The notes below the pieces were generated by a model, which saw nothing but the letters and a program-made list of their open reading frames with translations, searched no databases and was not told the DNA's origin. A DNA stretch of 40,009 nucleotides from an uncultured Flavobacteriaceae bacterium (GTDB lineage: Bacteria; Bacteroidota; Bacteroidia; AKYH767-A; OLB10). Below are positions 17,407 to 26,178 of the stretch, piece by piece (positions within the stretch are counted from its first letter, which is position 1; each line of letters starts with the position of its first letter). The stretch covers positions 1 through 40,009 of the forward strand of contig CAZPKJ010000004.1 of the NCBI GenBank assembly GCA_964587075.1, given 5' to 3'. The position numbers and the translations under genes were made by a program.

Positions 17407-19224
17407 CTAGAGCAGCTCCACCGAGTTTTTTATGAAGCGGGTAAGCTCTTCGCCTTTCAATAAGTTCTGCGAAAGTAACGCAAGGTCTATGGCTTGTTTC
17501 ATTTTGGCCGACTGAACACTCTCATCACCCTCCGACAACAATTTACTCATAAGCGGATGGTTTGTGTTAACCACTACGTTATAGTTTTCTTTCATACCTC
17601 CCATGAAGTCAAGTGAACCACCTGCAGCAGCCATCTCTTTCATCCTGCGCATAAATTCAGGCCGCGTAATAATAACCGGCTGGTCGGATGGCTGAAGATG
17701 TTCGAGCATGATGGCAAACTGTTGCTCAGGTACGCTTTTTTGCGCCAGTACTTTCAAGTCGTCTAATTGCTTTTCAGTTAAAACCGAAGTGGCGGTTTCT
17801 TCGCGCTTAATAAGTTTTTCGGTGGTGTCGGCATCAACACGAATGAATGAAATATTTTCATTTTTCGATTCCATGGTATTAATAAAGTGTGAATCGAGCG
17901 GCCCTTCAAAAATTAATACATCATAACCTCTTTCTTTAGCCGACTCAATAAACGCATGCTGATCGTCGGTGTTTGATGTGTAAATAAATACCACCTTTCC
18001 GTCTTTGTCTGTTTGCAAAGCGCTCACTTTATTCTTGTATTCTTCGAGCGTCAGAAAGTCGTTGCCGGTGTTTTTGAAGAGGCAAAATTTTGCGGCCCGG
18101 TCATAAAATTTTTCGTCGGTCATCATGCCATATTTAATAAACACACCTATGTCGTCCCACTTGGCGGCAAAATCGTTTCTGTTTTCCTTAAAAATCTCCT
18201 CAAGCCTGTCAGCTACCTTCCTTGTTATATAAGAACTGATTTTTTTAACATTTGAATCGCTTTGCAAATAGCTCCTGGAAACATTGAGTGGAATATCAGG
18301 TGAGTCAATTACACCGTGCATCAGCATCAGGAATTCGGGAACGATTCCTTCTACCGAGTCGGTAACAAAAACCTGGTTTGAATAAAGATTGATTTTGTTT
18401 TTCTGTACTTCAATATTTTTTTTCAGTTTTGGGAAATACAATATCCCCGTAAGGGTAAAAGGATAATCAACGTTCAGGTGTATGTGAAAAAGCGGATCTT
18501 CCGAATAGGGGTATAATTCTTTGTAGAAGTTTTTATAATCCTCATCTTTCAGGTCTGCGGGCTTGCGGGTCCATGCGGGTTGGGTATTATTCACTTTCTT
18601 TCCTTCGTACCTGATTTCAACCGGAAGGAACCTGCAGTACTTGTTTAACAGCGTTTCGATACGATGCGTTTCTAAAAACTCAGCCGACTCCTCATTGATA
18701 TGCAGGATTACATCGGTTCCCCGTTCTTCGCGCACCGCATCCGAAATCGTGTAAACCGGACTGCCGTCACATTCCCATTTTACCGCTTTGCCTGGCTCGC
18801 TTTCGCGGAAGGAGCGGGTAACGATTTCAACTTTTGAAGCTACCATAAACGACGAATAAAAACCCAGTCCGAAATGACCGATAATATTCGCCGAATCCAT
18901 TTTATCCTTGTACTTCGACACAAACTCCTCGGCTCCCGAAAAGGCGATCTGGTTAATATATTTTTCTATTTCGTCGGCTGTCATGCCTACACCCCGGTCT
19001 GAAATGGTAAGGGTTTTGGCTTCCTTATCGAGCTTGACCTCAATGAAAAGCTCGCCCGTTTCACCGCTGAACTCGCCCGCCGAAGATAAGGGCTTTAGTT
19101 TTTGAGACGCATCTACAGCATTGGAAACCAACTCTCTAAGAAAAATTTCGTGGTCTGAATAGAGAAATTTCTTAATGATTGGGAAAATGTTTTCTGTTTG
19201 AACATTGATTTTACCGGTTGACAT
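17407..19224 (-). CDS. htpG: Molecular chaperone HtpG (Hsp90)
   Basis: The N-terminal GHKL ATPase motifs are FLRELVSNAVDA and DRGVGMT..., and the length is typical of HtpG. The start is trimmed to the ATG giving MSTGKINVQTENIFPIIKKFLYSD. A TATTTTTG -7-like box (complement of 19255-19262) would lie inside the longer track ORF. Confidence 0.95.
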   Translation of the reverse strand: MSTGKINVQTENIFPIIKKFLYSDHEIFLRELVSNAVDASQKLKPLSSAGEFSGETGELFIEVKLDKEAKTLTISDRGVGMTADEIEKYINQIAFSGAEEFVSKYKDKMDSANIIGHFGLGFYSSFMVASKVEIVTRSFRESEPGKAVKWECDGSPVYTISDAVREERGTDVILHINEESAEFLETHRIETLLNKYCRFLPVEIRYEGKKVNNTQPAWTRKPADLKDEDYKNFYKELYPYSEDPLFHIHLNVDYPFTLTGILYFPKLKKNIEVQKNKINLYSNQVFVTDSVEGIVPEFLMLMHGVIDSPDIPLNVSRSYLQSDSNVKKISSYITRKVADRLEEIFKENRNDFAAKWDDIGVFIKYGMMTDEKFYDRAAKFCLFKNTGNDFLTLEEYKNKVSALQTDKDGKVVFIYTSNTDDQHAFIESAKERGYDVLIFEGPLDSHFINTMESKNENISFIRVDADTTEKLIKREETATSVLTEKQLDDLKVLAQKSVPEQQFAIMLEHLQPSDQPVIITRPEFMRRMKEMAAAGGSLDFMGGMKENYNVVVNTNHPLMSKLLSEGDESVQSAKMKQAIDLALLSQNLLKGEELTRFIKNSVELL

Positions 19225-19433
19225 GAGTTTATCGCATTTTTTGGTTTGGGAGTGCAAAAATACGCAGTAAAAGGTACATTTTGCCACTTCCGGTGAGCCA
19301 TTTTCGTCATATCAAAGTCTGAATAACCGGTATATGTTGCCCGGGTTATTTTGGAGAACTGTAAAAATATTTTACATTTAGAGTTCTAATTATCACGCAA
19401 TTTCGCCCAACCCATAACAAAACCGTAATCATT

Positions 19434-22133
19434 ATGAAAAAAATCAGGTTTGCTCATTTTAACAGGATGCAAAGTAGAGGTTGGAGTTGCATCGGAATTT
19501 CAACCTTTCTGCGATACCTGCAATTGATGGTTATAGGGTTTTTGTCAGCCGTAACAATGCCGGCGCAGGCACTAAATTTTACTATTATCGAAAGCACTTC
19601 GGCCAATGCGGGCCACGACATGGACACGGAATGGTTTCAGTTATTAAACTCTTTGGGACATGTGCCGGTAATATTGCCTCAGACCACTCTGGATAACAAT
19701 ACATTTTTCGCTACTACCGATGTGTTGATTATTTCATCAGGAGTTATTTCATTACCCCCAAACCGGGTGACCACCATATTACAATTTTTACAAACCGGCA
19801 AACCGGTTTACCTGCAGTCCGAATACCTGGCATCCTATTCTTCTAACCAGGCCTTTGCCAGTCTGGTAAGTTCGCTGGGCGGGTTTTTTACCTGGAGCAC
19901 CGCCTTCACCGGCGATTTACAGCCAATGAACGTTTTAGGAACCTATGCCACTACCAACAATATTGTTCCATCAATTGGTTATTTCTGGTATTCGGTTTCG
20001 GGTTATGGCGATTGCAATGTATTCAATGTGCTTGAATATGGCGGAGGTTACCATGGGTTTCAATATGTGCCGTCTAACCCGTTGTGGGGTTCCATTATTA
20101 CTACTGCCGACCAGGATTGGGTAAGGGCCACAACGAGCCCTGCTCTCATGGCTAACATTATAACTCATCTTATCACACCGCCACTTCCGGTTTCCACATT
20201 TTCGGTCAATCTCGGTAACGATACCACTTTGTGCCAGGGAACAAGTCTGATACTCGATGCCACCATTCCGAACGCGACCTACCTTTGGCAGAATAATTCA
20301 ACAGCTCCTGTAATTACCGTTACCCAGCCCGGAACATACTGGGTGCAGGTAAGTCAAAACGGGTGTACGGCTACCGACACCATTACCGTTAGCTTTACTC
20401 CCCCTCCGGTGGTAGCCCTTGGTAACGACACAACACTTTGTTCAGGCGGCTCCGTTTCACTAAATGTTTTCACACCCGGCGCCACCTATCTCTGGCAGGA
20501 CAGTACCACATCCCCTTTATACCAGGTAACCCAATCCGGCGTGTATTGGGTAGCTGTCAATTCAGGAGGCTGTGTTGCAATTGACTCCATAACAATAACG
20601 TTTACGCCTGTACCGGTAGTTTCTCTTGGAAACGACACATTACTTTGTGATGGCGACTTGTTGTTACTTGATGCATCCGTGATTAACGGAACTTATCAGT
20701 GGCACGATGGCTCGGGCGGTCCCGGATTTACAGTTACCCAGTCGGGTACATATTGGGTTACCGTTACCGTTAATAATTGCAGTGCCGCCGATACCATTGT
20801 TGTAAACTTTAACCCGGTTCCTGCCGTAAGTCTTGGGAACGATACCACCTTATGCCAGGGTGAATCGTTGTTGCTGGATGTTTCCATGGCCGGGGGAAGT
20901 TACCTGTGGCATGATAACACTACCACACCTCAGTATACCATAACTCAGCCGGGAATGTATTATGTACAGGTTACCGTTGGAAACTGCTCTTCAACCGATA
21001 CGCTGATTGTTGATTATACCCAGCTGCCACAAGTGTCGCTTGGTAACGATGTTACCTTGTGCCAGGGTGAAACATATACTCTCGATGCAACTACGCCAAA
21101 CGCAACCTATTTATGGAACAACAACTCCACTTCACCGGTATTGGTTGTCAGCCAGGCCGGAATGTACTGGGTTCAGGTAACAGTGAATAACTGCAACGCC
21201 TCCGACACCATTATGGTAAATTATAATTCCCTGCCTGTTGTAAGCCTCGGAAATGATACCTTGCTGTGTGATGGCGACCAGTTGCTGCTGGATGCTACCC
21301 AGAACAACGCCACTTATTTGTGGAGTGATAATTCATCACTGGGTTCTGTAACGGTTACTCAATCGGGATCATACTGGGTACAGGTAACAGTAAACAACTG
21401 CACTTCGTCCGATACCATTCAGGTGTTGTTTAACCCGCTTCCGGTGGTTGATCTGGGCGCCGATGTTACATTATGTACGGGAGAGTCATTAACCCTGGAT
21501 GTCACGCAAGCCAATGCCACCTATCAGTGGAATACCGGTAGCAGTCAATCATCAATATTAGTAACGCAACCCGGTAATTATTGGGTTATGGTAACATCAG
21601 CCAATTGTTCGTCGTCCGATACGGTTGCTGTAAATTTCAACCAGGTTCCACTCGTATTTTTAGGCAACGATACTTTGCTTTGCGATGATGATAATCTGGT
21701 TTTAAATGCAGGCAATGAGGGTGCGGCATTTCTTTGGCAGGATGGTTCAACCGGTCAGGAGTATGTGGTAACGGCACCGGGTATATACTTTGTTGAAGTA
21801 ACTCTGGCGGGATGCATGAGTTCCGATTCTATTGCCATCAGCGCCGAAAATTGTTTGGTAGTAATTGAAATGCCCAATGTATTTACACCAAATGGCGATG
21901 GCTACAACGACACTTTTCATCCCCTGTTGTATGAGGGTATAACTACAGCAACGCTGATAGTATTTGATCGTTGGGGTAAATTATTATTTGAAGACAAAAA
22001 TATTACAACCGGTTGGAACGGGAAGTTTAACGGCGCCGATTGTACCGATGGAACTTATTTCTGGATGGTAAACTACACCGACAGAAACAATCACAGCGAT
22101 ACACTAAAGGGTACGTTAACTTTAATCAGGTAG
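19434..22133 (+). CDS. T9SS type B (gliding-motility-associated) C-terminal-domain surface protein with eight tandem 69-aa modules
   Basis: The C-terminus (EMPNVFTPNGDGYNDTFHP...GTYFWMV...LKGTLTLIR) matches the gliding-motility-associated C-terminal domain. An N-terminal ~250-aa globular domain precedes eight repeats. Confidence 0.8.
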   Translation: MKKIRFAHFNRMQSRGWSCIGISTFLRYLQLMVIGFLSAVTMPAQALNFTIIESTSANAGHDMDTEWFQLLNSLGHVPVILPQTTLDNNTFFATTDVLIISSGVISLPPNRVTTILQFLQTGKPVYLQSEYLASYSSNQAFASLVSSLGGFFTWSTAFTGDLQPMNVLGTYATTNNIVPSIGYFWYSVSGYGDCNVFNVLEYGGGYHGFQYVPSNPLWGSIITTADQDWVRATTSPALMANIITHLITPPLPVSTFSVNLGNDTTLCQGTSLILDATIPNATYLWQNNSTAPVITVTQPGTYWVQVSQNGCTATDTITVSFTPPPVVALGNDTTLCSGGSVSLNVFTPGATYLWQDSTTSPLYQVTQSGVYWVAVNSGGCVAIDSITITFTPVPVVSLGNDTLLCDGDLLLLDASVINGTYQWHDGSGGPGFTVTQSGTYWVTVTVNNCSAADTIVVNFNPVPAVSLGNDTTLCQGESLLLDVSMAGGSYLWHDNTTTPQYTITQPGMYYVQVTVGNCSSTDTLIVDYTQLPQVSLGNDVTLCQGETYTLDATTPNATYLWNNNSTSPVLVVSQAGMYWVQVTVNNCNASDTIMVNYNSLPVVSLGNDTLLCDGDQLLLDATQNNATYLWSDNSSLGSVTVTQSGSYWVQVTVNNCTSSDTIQVLFNPLPVVDLGADVTLCTGESLTLDVTQANATYQWNTGSSQSSILVTQPGNYWVMVTSANCSSSDTVAVNFNQVPLVFLGNDTLLCDDDNLVLNAGNEGAAFLWQDGSTGQEYVVTAPGIYFVEVTLAGCMSSDSIAISAENCLVVIEMPNVFTPNGDGYNDTFHPLLYEGITTATLIVFDRWGKLLFEDKNITTGWNGKFNGADCTDGTYFWMVNYTDRNNHSDTLKGTLTLIR
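20211..21866 (+). repeat. Eight in-frame tandem coding repeats of exactly 207 nt (69 aa) each
   Basis: The Leu codon of the LGND/LGAD motif occurs at 20211, 20418, 20625, 20832, 21039, 21246, 21453 and 21660, a constant spacing of 207 nt. The consensus is LGNDTxLCxGxxLxLDA..(N)ATYLW......VTQxGxYWVxVTxxNCxxxDTIxVxF, with two Cys per unit. Confidence 0.9.
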
Positions 22134-22167
22134 CAAATTGATTCCTGAAGCGGTGAATGAAGCCTGG

Positions 22168-23361
22168 CTAATCGGTAACAATCAGTTTGCCGGATACGGA
22201 ATAATTTTGTCCGCTTACAATAACAGAATAGGAGCCAGGGGCCAGGTTATTCCTTTCAAATAGGATTTTTGTTGTATTTACTTTTTCACTGTATACGATC
22301 GAACCCGAATGGTTATAAATTTGCATTAACCCCGGCTGCGGACTTAATGAATGGGGTAATTCAATGGTACAATGATGTTGCATTGGGTTAGGGTAAACGG
22401 AAAGGATTAAATTTTTTACCGGTGAATCATGTATCGAAGTAGTGCTGTCCTCAGGATGATACTCCCAGAAATCCTTTTTCATAACACCGGCGGCAATGCC
22501 ATCGTACCCGGTTCCAGCGTATCCGTAATTTCCAATGGAAAACTGCGTGGCTTCCTCCCGCTGGCCACCTCCAAAATCAGCTTTGATGGTCCAAATATTT
22601 GATGAAGGATCATATTGATAAAAGTCATCATGATAAATACCAAATGATGACCCCATCCCCATATACCCCATGTTTCCTATTGCCATGGCAGATGCTTCAC
22701 GTCGTGGTACACCCGGGAATGCGGCTAACTGGGTCCAGGTGTCGGTAAGCTGATCCCATGCCCAGAAGTCGTTCATCATGGTAGCGCCATTGCTTCCCGT
22801 GCCAATGTAACCTTTGGTTCCTATAGAGAATCCGCAAGCAAATGCGCGTGGCCCTGCCGGCATGCTGGTTTTTTGCGTCCACGAATTGGATGCCGGATCA
22901 TATTCCCACAGGTCATCAAGAGTGACAGCTCCGGTTCCTGTTGCAATGTATCCTTTATTGTCGATAGAGAATCCTACTGCGCCCTGCCTGGCTCCTCCCG
23001 GAAAGGGTGCCATTTGAGACCATGCATTTAAAAACGCGTCATATTGCCACAACTGCGCACCCGATGGTGCCGACAGGATATAACCGAAGTTGCCAATACT
23101 GAATGAGGCCGATTCAACAATACCATTACCACCGTAGTTAGCTTTTTGGGTCCATGTATTTAAAAGCGGGTCATACTCCCACCAGTCGGTTGAATAAACC
23201 CCGGTATACCCTGTTCCAAGATATCCTTTTCCGCCAATGGAAAATCCGGTTGCATCGGCACGGTTAACTCCACCGAAATCAGCTTTCTGGGTCCAGTAGT
23301 CAGAGAAAGAGTATATAGGAAACAATAAGTTTAAAATAATCAGGGTTGAAATTGTTTTCAT
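22168..23361 (-). CDS. Six-blade Kelch-like beta-propeller protein with a T9SS type A sorting domain
   Basis: Six ~47-aa repeats fit W(T/S)QKAxFxGxxRxxAxGFSIGxKGYxGTG...DFWEYDP; the conserved Trp falls at track residues 31, 78, 122, 169, 217 and 265. The C-terminus (LSVYPNPMQHHCTIEL...GSYSVIV...GKLIVTD) fits the Por_Secre_tail pattern. The start is trimmed from TTG to the ATG giving MKTISTLIILNLLFPIYS. Confidence 0.75.
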   Translation of the reverse strand: MKTISTLIILNLLFPIYSFSDYWTQKADFGGVNRADATGFSIGGKGYLGTGYTGVYSTDWWEYDPLLNTWTQKANYGGNGIVESASFSIGNFGYILSAPSGAQLWQYDAFLNAWSQMAPFPGGARQGAVGFSIDNKGYIATGTGAVTLDDLWEYDPASNSWTQKTSMPAGPRAFACGFSIGTKGYIGTGSNGATMMNDFWAWDQLTDTWTQLAAFPGVPRREASAMAIGNMGYMGMGSSFGIYHDDFYQYDPSSNIWTIKADFGGGQREEATQFSIGNYGYAGTGYDGIAAGVMKKDFWEYHPEDSTTSIHDSPVKNLILSVYPNPMQHHCTIELPHSLSPQPGLMQIYNHSGSIVYSEKVNTTKILFERNNLAPGSYSVIVSGQNYSVSGKLIVTD

Positions 23362-23436
23362 TTTTGTTCGGGATGGCTCTGTCAAATGTATTATTTTATA
23401 TTGGAATTTTAAATGTAGAGTCTAATTTATTCTTGA

Positions 23437-23469
23437 TTTGTAATGATCGCAGTGTGGCGATTAGTATTG
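23437..23469 (+). promoter_or_regulatory. Candidate promoter for the GloVer-repeat gene
   Basis: The sequence is TTTG (23437-23440), then 21 nt, then TAGTATTG (23462-23469). The consensus is TTTG-N19-21-TAnnTTTG, so the -7 box has one mismatch. The element lies 51 nt upstream of the ATG at 23520. Confidence 0.3.
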
Positions 23470-23519
23470 TTTAAATCAAAAAATGTTACTTTTACTTATT
23501 GTCTAGCCTAACACCTATT

Positions 23520-26027
23520 ATGTCAAAAAGAATTTACATATTGAGTTTTCTTGAATGTATGATGGTATTTTCTACTCTGAAGGCTCAGACTACATTGGTT
23601 GGGATGACTTCAAGAGGTGGGGCCTATGGTATGGGGACTGTGTTTAGCATAATTCCAGGTGATACTACGTTACTTCATCACCATTCTCTTTATTCGGCAA
23701 CCCCGGGCAGCCAGCCTGAATATACTCATCTGACTCAGGCTTCCAACGGCAAACTTTATGGGATGACCAGCTTTGGCGGTATCCACAACAAAGGAGTCAT
23801 TTTTGAATATTCGTATACAACTAATACATATACCCGTTTATATGATTTTAACGGCATAAATGGAGGCTTTCCTCACGGATCACTGACAGAAGTTACTCCG
23901 GGCAAATTATACGGTATGGCAAGAGGTAACGGCATTTCCAGTGATGGGGTAATTTTCGAATACGATTATATCAATAACACCTACTCCAAGAAGTTCGACA
24001 TGACAACCAATAGTGGAGTTTCTCCGTTCGGAACTTTGATAAAAGCTTCTAATAATAAACTTTATGGAATGAATTATGGATGGGGTGCCTTTGGCAAAGG
24101 GACAATTTTTGAATTTGATTACTTATCAGGAATCTTTACAAAGAAGGTAGATTTTGACGGCGCTAATGGAGCCGGTGGTTTAAGTGCCTTAACAGAAGCC
24201 TCTAACGGTAAATTATATGGAATGACACTTAATGGCGGACCCTCCAATGAGGGAGTGATTTTTGAATTTGATTATGTTTCCGGAGCTTATACAAAACTAT
24301 TTGATTTTGGCGGGAACAATGGTGTCAATCCCTTTGGCTCTTTGCTAGAAGCTTCAAATGGCAAACTTTATGGCCTTACGTATGAGGGGGGCTGGTACAA
24401 CAAAGGTGTTCTTTTCGAGTACGATTATGCTTCAAATACTTTTACCAAAAAGCAGGATCTTCAGCTTCCTACAGGGGGAAATCCCCATGGATCACTCATT
24501 GAGGTTAACGGATTGCTGTATGGTGTGACTTCAGAGGGCGGAACAAATGGCAAAGGCGTGCTGTTTGAATATGATGTTGTTTCAAATATATACACAGTAA
24601 AAGCCAACCTGTCCGGTGGAAACGGGAACTCACCGCGCGGATCGCTAGTTGAAGCAGGTAATGGCAAACTTTACGGACTTACATATGCCGGAGGAGCCTT
24701 CGGCAAGGGTGTTATTTTTGAGTTTAATATTTCTACAAATTCATATATCAGGAAAATAAGTCTCAACAGTAGCGACGGAAGTATGCCTAAAGGATCACTG
24801 ATGCAAACAACCAATGGTAAGTTATTTGGTATGACCTCGGAAGGTGGCACTTCTAACAAAGGAGCAATTTTTGAATTTGATCTTGATTCGGGAATATATA
24901 CAAAACGACTTGATATTACAGGTTGTTCAGGCGATACACCTTACAGTTCACTCATCCAGGCTCCAAACGGAAAGTTTTACGGAGTGACAATAAATGGCGG
25001 TACCTACGATGAAGGTATCTTTTTTGAGTATGACTCTGTTGCAAATATCTGTATCAAACTGAATGACTTTTGGTTCAGTGAAGGTCGCAACCCATATGGC
25101 ACACCAACATTGGCTGCTAACGGTAAAATCTATGGCACATCAATTAATGGAGGTGCAACTGCCGGTTGTGGTGTGATTTACGAACATAATTATGTAACCG
25201 GAACTTATACCAAGAAAATGAACCTGGTCGGCGGTCAGGGAGGTTGCCACTCTTTTAGCTCACTGGCAGAGGCAAATGGAAAACTTTATGGGATGACTAA
25301 TTATGGAGGCCTTTATAGTGATGGCGTTATTTTCGAATATGATTACAATACCAATACCTACCAGAAGAAAAAGGATTTTGATAATACCAACGGTGCATTG
25401 CCACATGGTTCTCTAATAAAAGCATCCAACAATAAGCTTTATGGGATGGCTACCTATGGAGGCCTTTATGGTGATGGCGTTATTTTCGAATATGATTACA
25501 CATCCAATGTACTCATCAAACTGGTTGATTTCGATGGAATGAACGGGAAATTCCCGTTTGGGTCGCTCATGCAGGCCTCCAATGGTAAGTTATATGGAAT
25601 GACAAAAGAAGGCGGTGCTTACAACCAGGGAGTAGTTTTCGAGTACGACTATTCTTCATATACTTTAACCACCAAACTAAACTTATCGGATACCATTGGC
25701 AGTTATCCCGAATACGGTCACCTTATTGAAGTTAATCTGACTCCATTGAGTTTGAACAATTTCAGTCATGAATTTAAACCTCTGATTTATCCCAACCCTG
25801 CAGGTGATAAGGTAACCGTTGAATTTACTTCGAATAAAAATATTGATTTAATGACGATCAGTTTTACTGATATTTCAGGCCGGGAAATTTTGAGTAATGA
25901 GCATGCGGCTACTAGTGGTCTCAACCGTTTTGAATTTGATATCAGCGCTTGTAAGGCAGGCCTGTATTTGCTGCATATAACCGATAAAGAAGGAAACTGG
26001 TCGGTCCATAAAATAGCTGTAAAGTAA
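23520..26027 (+). CDS. GloVer (Gloeo_Verruco)-type tandem-repeat protein with a T9SS type A sorting domain
   Basis: Fourteen units fit G(K)LYGMTxxGGxxxxGVIFEYDYxxNTYTKKxDFxGxNGxxPxGSL. This matches my recollection of the choice-of-anchor GloVer repeat (LYGTT..GG...GT(V/I)F). The C-terminus (LIYPNPAGDKVTVEF...GLYLLHITDKEGNWSVHKIAVK) is a T9SS type A tail. The start is trimmed from TTG 23499 to ATG 23520. Confidence 0.75.
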   Translation: MSKRIYILSFLECMMVFSTLKAQTTLVGMTSRGGAYGMGTVFSIIPGDTTLLHHHSLYSATPGSQPEYTHLTQASNGKLYGMTSFGGIHNKGVIFEYSYTTNTYTRLYDFNGINGGFPHGSLTEVTPGKLYGMARGNGISSDGVIFEYDYINNTYSKKFDMTTNSGVSPFGTLIKASNNKLYGMNYGWGAFGKGTIFEFDYLSGIFTKKVDFDGANGAGGLSALTEASNGKLYGMTLNGGPSNEGVIFEFDYVSGAYTKLFDFGGNNGVNPFGSLLEASNGKLYGLTYEGGWYNKGVLFEYDYASNTFTKKQDLQLPTGGNPHGSLIEVNGLLYGVTSEGGTNGKGVLFEYDVVSNIYTVKANLSGGNGNSPRGSLVEAGNGKLYGLTYAGGAFGKGVIFEFNISTNSYIRKISLNSSDGSMPKGSLMQTTNGKLFGMTSEGGTSNKGAIFEFDLDSGIYTKRLDITGCSGDTPYSSLIQAPNGKFYGVTINGGTYDEGIFFEYDSVANICIKLNDFWFSEGRNPYGTPTLAANGKIYGTSINGGATAGCGVIYEHNYVTGTYTKKMNLVGGQGGCHSFSSLAEANGKLYGMTNYGGLYSDGVIFEYDYNTNTYQKKKDFDNTNGALPHGSLIKASNNKLYGMATYGGLYGDGVIFEYDYTSNVLIKLVDFDGMNGKFPFGSLMQASNGKLYGMTKEGGAYNQGVVFEYDYSSYTLTTKLNLSDTIGSYPEYGHLIEVNLTPLSLNNFSHEFKPLIYPNPAGDKVTVEFTSNKNIDLMTISFTDISGREILSNEHAATSGLNRFEFDISACKAGLYLLHITDKEGNWSVHKIAVK
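23589..25736 (+). repeat. Fourteen tandem coding repeats of about 50 aa (GloVer-like)
   Basis: I counted the LYG/LFG/IYG/LVG-x-(T/S/A/N)..GG....G.(I/V/L/F)(F/Y) cores directly in the translation. There are 14 units between TTLVGMTSRGG and HLIEVN. Confidence 0.8.
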
Positions 26028-26129
26028 TACTCGCCTCATTTTTCAAAACCTTCTTTATTTTTTACAACGGAGGAACTGAATTAACGGAGGTTAACAAGAG
26101 ATATATTTTTTACAAATAAACCTCCAACT

Positions 26130-26162
26130 AAAAAAGCAGCACCGAACGGTAGCTGCTTTTTC
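26130..26162. terminator. Bidirectional intrinsic terminator between convergent genes
   Basis: AAGCAGC-ACCG pairs with CGGT-(A)-GCTGCTT, giving an 11-bp stem with one bulge and a 2-nt apical gap. An A-run lies on the left and a T-run on the right, so it can act on either strand. It sits between the stops at 26027 (+) and 26179 (-). Confidence 0.7.
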
Positions 26163-26178
26163 AAATTTTGCCTGAAAT

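Noticed and set aside
19301-19340. An inverted repeat, AATAACC … GGTTATT, upstream of htpG. I considered it as a CIRCE-like or RNA-thermometer heat-shock element.
   Set aside because: It does not match CIRCE (TTAGCACTC-N9-GAGTGCTAA). It lies upstream of the putative -7 box and therefore outside the mRNA leader. The stem is only 7 bp with a 15-nt loop.
20211-21866. A regular 207-nt periodicity that could superficially suggest a repeat array such as CRISPR or satellite DNA.
   Set aside because: The units are in frame within one long ORF and are conserved at the protein level rather than the nucleotide level. There is no repeat-spacer structure. They are coding domain repeats.
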